Virus record (IMG/VR): IMGVR_UViG_3300049854_000016 | Coordinates: 1 to 59,525 of that record | Direction: 5' to 3' (one strand) | Length of the DNA stretch: 59,525 nt | From: a virus | Taxonomy: Duplodnaviria; Caudoviricetes | Shown here: positions 7,990 to 15,656 of the stretch, one piece after another | Layout: each line of letters starts with the position of its first letter | How positions within the stretch are numbered: the first letter of the stretch is position 1 | Program-made: the position numbers and the translations under genes | Notes under the pieces: generated by a model | What the model was told of the DNA's origin: nothing | Seen by the model: only the letters and a program-made list of their open reading frames with translations | The model's database searches: none

Positions 7990-8425
7990 TTCGTTGCTCC
8001 CTAAATAAAAGTATTGCTAAAAGTGAATACACCGCAGAATCCAACAACGTGTCTTCTACGCTCTCCCCCGATACTTCAAGCACTCCCTGCCGCATGAACG
8101 ACTCAAGCCGACTCCACTTATCCGTCAACCTGACCATCACACCCTGGAACGGGGTCAGCCCCATCTCCCTGCACTTATAGAAGTTCCGCAGGGGGTTCTC
8201 ATTACCGGCGTAGTCATGGTTCTTCCGGCTATGTAGGTCTCTCATCTTATCCAGCAGCTCGTAGAACCCCGGGTGTCCATAAAACTTTGGCTTATCTTCA
8301 CAGAGTATACTCTTACACCCACACACAGATGGCTCAGTATTCCACAGCTCAGCCTGCTGTTGGCCCAGCACCGTCTGGTTGTAGTATTCCCTTCTCATTT
8401 CAGCAGTTCTTTTATCACTTTCCAT
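7928..8425 (-). CDS. Nucleotide-modification-associated domain 1 (DUF1599-like) protein
   Basis: KNHDYAG...PLRNF, RLTDKWSRL, ESVEDTLLDSAVY; start reassigned to TAATG-coupled ATG 8425. Confidence 0.72.
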   Translation of the reverse strand: MESDKRTAEMRREYYNQTVLGQQQAELWNTEPSVCGCKSILCEDKPKFYGHPGFYELLDKMRDLHSRKNHDYAGNENPLRNFYKCREMGLTPFQGVMVRLTDKWSRLESFMRQGVLEVSGESVEDTLLDSAVYSLLAILLFREQRNEEKNLKESHTSQVISGSSI

Positions 8426-8760
8426 TATTGTTTGTCCTTTCTGGCTAAAGCATCCGGAGCCGTAAATCCTTCCGGATACCGTTTGTTTAGCTTTACCATA
8501 TTCCACTGTTTCAAATCATTTAGAGTTATCCCCACCTCATAGCAGAGCCCGGTAAGATAAAAAAGAATATCTCCCATCTCTTCAACTACATTTACCATAT
8601 TTATCGGCTGCTCATAGCCCACCTGCTTTTTATATGCGTCAGCTAACTCTCCTGTTTCTGTTACAAGACCAAGAAGCATGTGAAGCTCCGGGGAAGGAAT
8701 ACTTCCTAAGCGATGGTCGATTAGCTTGGCCACAAATAATTCATACTCGTTCTCTTTCAT
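8425..8760 (-). CDS. mazG: MazG-like nucleotide pyrophosphohydrolase
   Basis: GLVTETGELADAYKK, EEMGDILFYL, N..KL..RYP; start reassigned to ATG 8760. Confidence 0.85.
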   Translation of the reverse strand: MKENEYELFVAKLIDHRLGSIPSPELHMLLGLVTETGELADAYKKQVGYEQPINMVNVVEEMGDILFYLTGLCYEVGITLNDLKQWNMVKLNKRYPEGFTAPDALARKDKQ

Positions 8761-9917
8761 TTGAATACTCCTACTGTATCTATTGACTTGAATATGTCGG
8801 GGGCAAGCCGGTACCACACTTCATCGGGGCTGCCGCCTTCCGTTGTTTGCAGCACACTGCTGAACGTGTACTGCCGTAGAATCTTATCCAGCTCCTCTTT
8901 AGTCGTGCCGCACTTGTTCTTCAGCTGAGCAAATGTCACTGATGGTCGGTGGGGTCCCATCGAGTACAGGAACTGAATCAGCCGCCTCCGTGATAGAGAC
9001 AAACTATCTTCCAGAACCCGCCGTATCAGGCCCATATCCGACTCATCCCACTCTTCTCTGAAGTCTGCTATCGCATGGGCATGGCCCAGGTTTATAAACT
9101 GCTGCACGATGCGGCTCCCGAGTTCGGCCCTGCTTGCCGTAGCCCCGCACGAAGTCCGTGTAAGTGCCAGCAGGTCCGCCATTATCTCGACATCCAGGAG
9201 GGCCCCTGCAGAAAGAGTCGGGGTTTTCATGGTGTCGCACTTCAGCAGGATCCGGTCTACCTGTGCGTGCACTATCTTCTGCAGCTCGCTTATCCACTTC
9301 TGCTTGGTGCCCATAGATGCCGTCACAAACCGCAGGTCTTTAACCCTGTCCTCGTGGCTCTGCTGTATACGGTTCATCCGGAACGACAGGAATCGCTCAC
9401 CCAGCTGCTGGTGCGTGTCCGTAAACGCATCAATCCGGTCCGTCACACACGCTATCATGCCGAACCTCGACTTATACTGCCGCACCCCCGACATTCCGCT
9501 GGCCTTACTGCAGAAATGGTCGTAGCAGTCCCTAAACTCCCCCGCTACCTTATCCACGAGGCGGGGACCTGCATCCATCAGGGCCGTGAAGTCTTTCCAT
9601 ATCAGCACCTTTCCGTCTAATAAAGGAACCAAGCTCGGGTCGTTCCCCTGCTCGTCCGTAAACCCGCTCATCAGGGCGTTCTCGGTCGGTGTGCTCAGCA
9701 TCATGCAGCGGGGATGGTCCCGTATCGGCAGCACCGACAGTGTCTTGCCGCTTGCAGGTGGAGCAATCCAGTACATCCAGACCGACTCATCGAGCCGGGG
9801 CGTAAACGCAGCCGTCAGGACTCCCATAAAGCAGTCCACTGTTATCCGGTCGTCGGGTGCCATCCGCATCACTCCGTCATATGCTTTCTTCACCGTTTGC
9901 AGGGGCGTTTCTGCCAT
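8757..9917 (-). CDS. AAA+ ATPase, MCM-like helicase candidate with C-terminal winged-helix-like region
   Basis: Walker A APPASGKT, Walker B-like VLIWKDF, GMIACVT, arginine-finger-like GERFL. Confidence 0.6.
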   Translation of the reverse strand: MAETPLQTVKKAYDGVMRMAPDDRITVDCFMGVLTAAFTPRLDESVWMYWIAPPASGKTLSVLPIRDHPRCMMLSTPTENALMSGFTDEQGNDPSLVPLLDGKVLIWKDFTALMDAGPRLVDKVAGEFRDCYDHFCSKASGMSGVRQYKSRFGMIACVTDRIDAFTDTHQQLGERFLSFRMNRIQQSHEDRVKDLRFVTASMGTKQKWISELQKIVHAQVDRILLKCDTMKTPTLSAGALLDVEIMADLLALTRTSCGATASRAELGSRIVQQFINLGHAHAIADFREEWDESDMGLIRRVLEDSLSLSRRRLIQFLYSMGPHRPSVTFAQLKNKCGTTKEELDKILRQYTFSSVLQTTEGGSPDEVWYRLAPDIFKSIDTVGVFK

Positions 9918-9948
9918 CTTGTCTCCTCGGATTTTTTCAAAACGAATT

Positions 9949-10164
9949 TCAAGATTTTTTGTCAGGATTCATTTCCGGCTCGGAATATGGTTCTATTTTT
10001 TTAAACTCGTTTGTACGGGTACTTATAATATACCCATCCTCTATTATAGTGCCTATTCCATCAATCACTTGGTGAATACTTAAATGAGGGCACGATTGCC
10101 ACACACGCAGTATTCTATTCAATACTATATGCAATACTTCTATATCATCTGTTATACAGCTCAT
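9949..10164 (-). CDS. Hypothetical protein
   Basis: ATGA-coupled; AAGGAG RBS. Confidence 0.5.
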   Translation of the reverse strand: MSCITDDIEVLHIVLNRILRVWQSCPHLSIHQVIDGIGTIIEDGYIISTRTNEFKKIEPYSEPEMNPDKKS

Positions 10165-10664
10165 TTATTCTCCTTCACTGCCGGTAGATTTTTATACCGT
10201 GCTCTCAGGTACTTGCGGGTCAGCAATGGCATGTTCAGCAGGTAGTACATACCGCCGCCTGAGCCCCTCAGTATTGAGAGCGTGCTTACGGTCTTAATCA
10301 TCATATCGTATTCACCTTCCAGGAAACCCCACGTACTGGTCGGTATGAAATACCACAGGTCTTTCTTTAGCACCTTGCACTTGACGTTGGCAGCCCATGT
10401 AAAAATTCCACCATCGGGGTGACTCGGCAGGTCAGCCGCCAGGTCCAGCACCCCCCTCACATAGTCCGGGTAGCTGATAGTCATAAACATACAGTCGTGC
10501 ACCCCTATGAACTGGAGAGATTTGAGTGGAGGACTACCCAATTTGAATACTCCCCCAACCCTGATGTACCGTCCGTCTACCTGCCGACCCTGTTTCACGG
10601 CCTTGCGGTGGACATACACCCGGGTATTCTCAAATCTTCCAGCTAATAGGGCTTTCGCAGTCAT
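10161..10664 (-). CDS. Hypothetical protein (replication region)
   Basis: Likely start MTAKALL just after the stop of the SSB-like gene. Confidence 0.6.
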   Translation of the reverse strand: MTAKALLAGRFENTRVYVHRKAVKQGRQVDGRYIRVGGVFKLGSPPLKSLQFIGVHDCMFMTISYPDYVRGVLDLAADLPSHPDGGIFTWAANVKCKVLKKDLWYFIPTSTWGFLEGEYDMMIKTVSTLSILRGSGGGMYYLLNMPLLTRKYLRARYKNLPAVKENK

Positions 10665-10671
10665 GTTATCG

Positions 10672-11163
10672 TTACCCTGCTTTCGGGGCCACTGAAACCT
10701 CAATCTTCTGCAGGGGCCTATGGTTCACGTAAGGCTCGCCGCCGTCTTTGCGGGGTGTCCGCGTGGTCGAGACCAGTATGCCGGTGCCGAGGTTATCGTA
10801 CAGGATAGCGATGGCCTCAACCAGCTTGTCGATTGGCTGCCCTGCCAGCAACGAGGCCAGCGTCTTGAGCCCTGTAAAGTTCACCGCCGTCCAGCCCCAC
10901 GCTCCGGCCAGGTCGAAGGTCTTGCCTGCGTTATCGCCGTCCTGGATTTCGACGATGGCGTGGACTACCACTACTTCCTTCTTCAGCTTCTTGTTCATCT
11001 GCTTGTCGTGCGTTACATCCACCAGCACGCAGGTGTTCTGCCCGTCGTCGGGGTCCCAGTTATAGAACGACTGGGCATCCTCGAAGAATGTCTGGCTCTC
11101 TTCCAGCAGCCTGCTGAACTCCGGGTCATCCATGCTTGCCTGCAACTTCTCGTTTGTACTCAT
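10672..11163 (-). CDS. Putative single-stranded DNA-binding protein (OB-fold-like)
   Basis: Follows the Sak4-like ATPase; beta-rich; C-terminal G.PYVN pattern typical of phage SSB-like proteins. Confidence 0.55.
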   Translation of the reverse strand: MSTNEKLQASMDDPEFSRLLEESQTFFEDAQSFYNWDPDDGQNTCVLVDVTHDKQMNKKLKKEVVVVHAIVEIQDGDNAGKTFDLAGAWGWTAVNFTGLKTLASLLAGQPIDKLVEAIAILYDNLGTGILVSTTRTPRKDGGEPYVNHRPLQKIEVSVAPKAG

Positions 11164-12110
11164 GCTTGTTCTCCGTTAATTGTTCTTGATTGTTTAACTG
11201 CTTCGTTATACGCTGTCTCCAGCACGTCCCATCCACCTACCATCGGTATCTCCAGCCTCGCCGGTAGTTGCGGCACTCCCCTGCGCTTGCCCTCCATCGC
11301 CTTGGCCTCGGTCGGCCTCGTATATATGAAGTACCGGGTCACTTCCTTCTCGTCCATGTCCTTGAAGACCCTGCCGTTCACCGTCTTGTCCATCTTCTCG
11401 GTCCGTGTCACGCTGTTAATCGTGATATGCAGCTCGGCCTTCCGCACCACCGGCCCCACGTAACCCTTCGATAAGATGGGCCGTATCTTCGTGGACTCCT
11501 GATACGTCACCGGGTCCGTCTCAGTCACGTATGTCAGGTGCCCGACTACAGCCCACGTATACCCCGCATCTTCAAGGTCTCCAAGCACCTGCTTGCAACG
11601 CCCCTGCAGAAGAGAGTGGCCGTGGCCTTTCATGCCCACCTCGCCTACGTCCTCGTACTTCTTGACACCGGCTGCACTTTTCTCCTTCAAGAGGTGCCGT
11701 CCTTCCAGCTCTACCCATGCATCCTGGGTGTCGAGGATAACCCGCTTGCAGAGGTGCTTGCCTGCCTTGCCGTCTGCTATCAGCTTGTCCAGAATCTTAC
11801 GGTAAAGGTCATAGACATCCGTGCCTGTGTCTTTAGCTGTCTTCTCGAGGTCGAAGTAGAGGCCGCGTCCGCCGGGTATCCCGTTAGCCCCACCCTCGAA
11901 GTCAAGTAGCCACGCATCCCGTATGCTCCGGACAAACGTGGACTTGCCTTCACCTGCCAGGCCCGTCACGTATATCCGTGCCATGTCGAGGCCCCTCGGG
12001 TTGTACCCGCCGACCAGCCCCAGCTTCGCATACTCTGCCGGTATCGGCATGTCCGAGGGTGTGGTCGGCACCACCGTGTTAAGCTGTTGCTGTGCTACTG
12101 GTTGTTCCAT
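11160..12110 (-). CDS. AAA_24/Sak4-like recombination ATPase
   Basis: IYVTGLAGEGKST, LLDFEGG, VILDT, VVGH. Confidence 0.8.
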   Translation of the reverse strand: MEQPVAQQQLNTVVPTTPSDMPIPAEYAKLGLVGGYNPRGLDMARIYVTGLAGEGKSTFVRSIRDAWLLDFEGGANGIPGGRGLYFDLEKTAKDTGTDVYDLYRKILDKLIADGKAGKHLCKRVILDTQDAWVELEGRHLLKEKSAAGVKKYEDVGEVGMKGHGHSLLQGRCKQVLGDLEDAGYTWAVVGHLTYVTETDPVTYQESTKIRPILSKGYVGPVVRKAELHITINSVTRTEKMDKTVNGRVFKDMDEKEVTRYFIYTRPTEAKAMEGKRRGVPQLPARLEIPMVGGWDVLETAYNEAVKQSRTINGEQA

Positions 12111-12501
12111 TAGCCGTACCTCCTGTATTCCTCAGCAGTGTAATCAAGCTGTCTTTCTTGCGGTTGTCAACTGTCAGGCCCAGAATACCCAGCAACATCA
12201 CGCCTACGCCTACACCCACCGGGCTCACACCACCGGCCTCGGCGAATGCCACCCCGATGCTCACGAACTCCTTCTTGAACAAATCCTGCTTGTCTATGTC
12301 TGCGTAAGCTGCTTTAATCTCCAGGTTCTTGGTCTCAACCAAAGTATCCAGCTCAAGCCGTGTTACTTTTACTTCCGAGTTCCAAGGAGATGCTGTCTTG
12401 GAGTCGCAGCCATACACCCACACCACCAGTATCGCCGACATCACAAGAGCCGTCACTAAAAACTGGTTGTGCCTCAACGCCGTCTTAATCTTTGCCCACA
12501 T
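12079..12501 (-). CDS. Membrane/lipoprotein-like protein
   Basis: Hydrophobic N-terminus ending VYGC (lipobox-like); Gly-rich hydrophobic C-terminal segments. Confidence 0.6.
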   Translation of the reverse strand: MWAKIKTALRHNQFLVTALVMSAILVVWVYGCDSKTASPWNSEVKVTRLELDTLVETKNLEIKAAYADIDKQDLFKKEFVSIGVAFAEAGGVSPVGVGVGVMLLGILGLTVDNRKKDSLITLLRNTGGTANGTTSSTATA

Positions 12502-12667
12502 TTTGTTCTCCTTTAATTTCTTCTGTTTGTTTACTATCTACCTTACAGGGTTCTGCAATATTTTTCTCTAAAAATTTCATCACCTTTTCCGCCTCAGCTC
12601 GGTTATCGAATATCACTCCATACCAAGCCAGACCGTTACTTCCCGTACCACCGCCACATATATGCAT
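12485..12667 (-). CDS. Hypothetical protein
   Basis: TAATG-coupled; AAGGAG RBS. Confidence 0.55.
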   Translation of the reverse strand: MHICGGGTGSNGLAWYGVIFDNRAEAEKVMKFLEKNIAEPCKVDSKQTEEIKGEQNVGKD

Positions 12668-13047
12668 TAGGTTTTCTCCTTATAAAAATCTACTGTCTCG
12701 GAATAGTAGCCGTTAGATGCACTATACCATCGTATTGTTACGGTTCCCTTGATAGTGGAGAGAGTGTAAAATGTCCATGTAAAAGAGTCTTGGTGTCTTT
12801 TTACTACTCCGGCTGGATTCTCGGTACTTGTCTTCTCAAATGCCTGTATTATAGGAGTGTTAATCAGGTCATCAAGGTCTCCACAAATATCTTCCACTGT
12901 CACACTCTCACAACAGTCTTGCTCGTGATTCATCAACCACCTGCTGCCATTATCTTCAATGAATACAATCTCATCTCCTTTATTAGCAATAGAAACAAGC
13001 GTTTTTCCCACAAGATTTTCAATAGAAACAGTCTCATTATACCCCAT
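12667..13047 (-). CDS. Conserved phage hypothetical protein
   Basis: HEQDCCESV..EDI.GDL and TWTFY...IRW...SNGYYSE pattern recognisable from phage proteins of unknown function. Confidence 0.7.
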   Translation of the reverse strand: MGYNETVSIENLVGKTLVSIANKGDEIVFIEDNGSRWLMNHEQDCCESVTVEDICGDLDDLINTPIIQAFEKTSTENPAGVVKRHQDSFTWTFYTLSTIKGTVTIRWYSASNGYYSETVDFYKEKT

Positions 13048-14069
13048 TAGTCTATCTCCTTTCTGTCTTTATGTTCCGGCACTACCTCGAACAGCTGCTC
13101 CATTGTAGCAGGCCACGTTACAGGGTCCGAGCTGCATAGCACATGATACGGACACACCTTCTCATAAGCATAGCAGCTGCTGCGAGTTAAGTCCTTGCAG
13201 AAATTCTCAGGCACTGCCTCAGTGTTCCACAGCACATCAATTTTACTCAGCACGTTGAGTAATTCACCACACAGTACCGGCTCGTGGAAGGCTATTGCCA
13301 CCGACTTCATAGCGTCACCTTCCTGCTCTGCGTACCAGTCCTTGACCCTCTTGACGTATGCCTCGAATACCGTGCAGCCCCATATCGCTGCGTTCTTCTC
13401 GTCTTTGCCGCACATCTTGATGGTCGGAACTTTCACCATGTCGAGGATAAATCCCTTAACATCAGCACCCCACGTCTTGTTCTTAGCCAGCAGCCTGTAG
13501 AACCTGCACTGCACACTCCACTCGAAGCCAGTCAGTATCGAATCAAAGCTGCGGCTCGTGGTCTTGGTGTCCCGTATCCACACCGAGCCGTCCCGCTTGT
13601 CCCTCACTACCCAGTCCACAAACCCAACTATGGGAAGTGACAAATCGAATACACCTTCTATCTTCTCCTCCCTGCTCACAGTCTCCATATGCTCGGCGGG
13701 GGGGAATCTTTCCCAGAATATAGTAGCTACTGCCAATGCTTTCGTGTACGAATCATGCAGCTCGTCGGCCTCCCGTGCCACCTCGCCCACCAGGTCTTCG
13801 CCCCTCTGTATCTGGGCCAGCAGCTCCGAGTGCTGCTTGATAATCTCCTGGTGTACTTTCTCGGTGGCATCCTCACCTACCTGCAGGAGCCTATGCAGTA
13901 TCTTGCCGAAGGTGGCAGACGCTGAATATTGTTTCGCCTTCCGGTACAGTCTCCACTTGCTGCTGTATAAGAACTTACGTGCACATCCAAGAGCCGTCAG
14001 GATACCGCTCGAACTAATCGGCTTCTTGTAATCTACCATGTGCTCCTTGAACCACTCTGTCATTGTCAT
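13047..14069 (-). CDS. PD-(D/E)xK nuclease (RecB/Cas4-like exonuclease)
   Basis: CARKF, FGKILH, E, GFVD, IRDTKT, Q..FY, C-terminal C...CPY..LC. Confidence 0.8.
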   Translation of the reverse strand: MTMTEWFKEHMVDYKKPISSSGILTALGCARKFLYSSKWRLYRKAKQYSASATFGKILHRLLQVGEDATEKVHQEIIKQHSELLAQIQRGEDLVGEVAREADELHDSYTKALAVATIFWERFPPAEHMETVSREEKIEGVFDLSLPIVGFVDWVVRDKRDGSVWIRDTKTTSRSFDSILTGFEWSVQCRFYRLLAKNKTWGADVKGFILDMVKVPTIKMCGKDEKNAAIWGCTVFEAYVKRVKDWYAEQEGDAMKSVAIAFHEPVLCGELLNVLSKIDVLWNTEAVPENFCKDLTRSSCYAYEKVCPYHVLCSSDPVTWPATMEQLFEVVPEHKDRKEID

Positions 14070-14070
14070 T

Positions 14071-14190
14071 TTACATCCCTTCACTTATTATGCTAAGCAA
14101 AATCAATCCAATAGCTAAACTCGCTACTGAGCAAACAGTTCCTATTATAATTAGTACCGCTAACATGTCTTCTTGCTGCCTATTCCACAT
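14071..14190 (-). CDS. Small membrane peptide (39 aa; not in ORF track)
   Basis: MWNRQQEDMLAVLIIIGTVCSVASLAIGLILLSIISEGM; AAGGGA RBS; fills the gap exactly. Confidence 0.45.
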   Translation of the reverse strand: MWNRQQEDMLAVLIIIGTVCSVASLAIGLILLSIISEGM

Positions 14191-14202
14191 CTTGATTCCC
14201 TT

Positions 14203-14502
14203 TCATTTCTTACGCGTCCTGATTACGGGATACATCTCTGCTCCCAGTTTCCATAACAGTTTGACCAGCTCCGACATCCGGAGGTCGCGAACCCATATCA
14301 TTTCCTTCAGCTCCTTCTTGCTTATCCTCATCATGTACGCCAGCGTGTCGTAGTGCAGCCCGGACTCTTTCATTATGTCCACAATGTCAGCACCTATCTT
14401 GTGCCTCAGCCGCTCGTACAAAACCCTCCGGCTGGTGCTCGGTAGCACCGCCATCGTTGCGTGCAGCTGGTGCAGTGCTTGCTGTACTTTCTGTTTATCC
14501 AT
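14203..14502 (-). CDS. XRE/Cro-like helix-turn-helix protein
   Basis: IMKESGLHYDTLAYMMRISKKEL...LRMSELVKLLWKLGAE matches the XRE HTH pattern. Confidence 0.65.
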   Translation of the reverse strand: MDKQKVQQALHQLHATMAVLPSTSRRVLYERLRHKIGADIVDIMKESGLHYDTLAYMMRISKKELKEMIWVRDLRMSELVKLLWKLGAEMYPVIRTRKK

Positions 14503-14503
14503 A

Positions 14504-14653
14504 TCAAGAAGTTATGCACCCGCTTATATCAGTCTCTTCATAATTGCACTCAGGATTATCACACTTTATCACGGAGCAAAACATACCACCACTGTTAGTA
14601 TCGTGCAGCTCACCAGTTTTACATTCAGGACAGGGATGTTCTCGTTCTTCCAT
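14504..14653 (-). CDS. Small zinc-ribbon protein (49 aa; not in ORF track)
   Basis: MEEREHPCPECKTGEL...KCDNPECNY; GGAG RBS. Confidence 0.6.
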   Translation of the reverse strand: MEEREHPCPECKTGELHDTNSGGMFCSVIKCDNPECNYEETDISGCITS

Positions 14654-14667
14654 TGGTTTCTCCATGC

Positions 14668-14704
14668 AAAAGAAAAGGCCCACACCCCGTGAGGAGTGCA
14701 GGCC
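14668..14704 (-). terminator. Intrinsic terminator/attenuator
   Basis: GGCCTGCACTCC-TCAC-GGGGTGTGGGCC followed by TTTTCTTTT. Confidence 0.75.
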
Positions 14705-14771
14705 CGGAAGGGAATAATATCAGAGGGGGGCAGCAGAATATACTCTACCACCCCCCATCTGCAGGGGCCAC

Positions 14772-14799
14772 AATATACAGTAAGTAATTAACTTTTCAA
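14772..14799 (-). promoter_or_regulatory. Possible sigma70-type promoter
   Basis: TTGAAA-N16-TATATT. Confidence 0.4.
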
Positions 14800-14815
14800 A
14801 AATTTTCAACTACTT

Positions 14816-14843
14816 ACTATACGGTTTGGTTTTAATTTTGTTC
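14816..14843 (-). promoter_or_regulatory. GAAC-N16-CGTA promoter (copy 3)
   Basis: GAACAAAA...CGTATAGT. Confidence 0.7.
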
Positions 14844-14853
14844 GGGTAAAAAT

Positions 14854-15078
14854 TTATTTTTTCTGTTTTTTCGTGCCTTTCTTTATAGCACTATGCACGA
14901 GATGTTTCCCAGCTGCCTCTTTAATATGAGACTTAGCCTCCTTAACGCTGAGTCCCTTCGCCTTAGTCTTCTTCCCGGCAGCTACAGCGTAGAATAATCT
15001 CCGCTGCTTCTCCGATGTTATCGGAGTATGCTTCCGGGGTTCACCCCCTTTATTCTTAGAGCACCCGGCATCGGTCAT
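14854..15078 (-). CDS. Small basic hypothetical protein
   Basis: Lys-rich; SEKQRRLF motif; TAATG-coupled. Confidence 0.6.
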   Translation of the reverse strand: MTDAGCSKNKGGEPRKHTPITSEKQRRLFYAVAAGKKTKAKGLSVKEAKSHIKEAAGKHLVHSAIKKGTKKQKK

Positions 15079-15656
15079 TAGTTCAACACCTCCGGCAGCA
15101 CATCAAGAGTCTTCAGCAGGGCACACGACAGCATCAGGTGCACGAGGAACACGCCCAGCTGCCGCCGCTCGTAGGTGGAGGTGCGGTTACGCCACGGCAT
15201 CCATAGCACATGGAATCCATACTTCGCAAACACCAGGCTCAGCTTGTGCATAAGGGCCTCGGGGTCAGGTACATGCTCGGTGTACTTCAGTATCTGCTCT
15301 GGGCTCAGCTCCACCAGCACATACGGAAATTCACATTGGCTCAGCTTCCTGAAACTCTTGGCCTGCCGCACCGCGTCTGTCGGGTTAAACAGGTTCTTCA
15401 GCAGCTCCCGCTGCCCTGCCTTTCGCTCTATCACACAGCAGTTAGGGTACTCAGCCAGCCGGTAATCCCCAAACGGCAGCGTCGCAACCGCAGTCTGCAC
15501 CTTAACCAGCAGCCTCTCCATCGGTCGTTCAGGGTGTATTATCTTGATAGTGGCCGGGAACTTAATCGGCAGCCTCTCCCGGCTGTCAACCTCCACTGTA
15601 ATCAAGGTGGGAATCTGGTAGCGGTAATGTATATCCTTCTTGATTATTGGTGTCAT
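15078..15656 (-). CDS. ERCC4/XPF-family nuclease (resolvase candidate)
   Basis: VDSRE, LPFGDY, VIERK. Confidence 0.8.
   Translation of the reverse strand: MTPIIKKDIHYRYQIPTLITVEVDSRERLPIKFPATIKIIHPERPMERLLVKVQTAVATLPFGDYRLAEYPNCCVIERKAGQRELLKNLFNPTDAVRQAKSFRKLSQCEFPYVLVELSPEQILKYTEHVPDPEALMHKLSLVFAKYGFHVLWMPWRNRTSTYERRQLGVFLVHLMLSCALLKTLDVLPEVLN

Noticed and set aside
13047-14069. Cas4-like gene as part of a CRISPR-Cas system
   Set aside because: No array or other cas genes; the context (Sak4, SSB) is a standard phage recombination module.
14569-14751. 60-aa ORF in the track
   Set aside because: It runs through two RNA hairpins and a terminator; the 49-aa zinc-ribbon ORF at 14504..14653 has a better RBS and fit.
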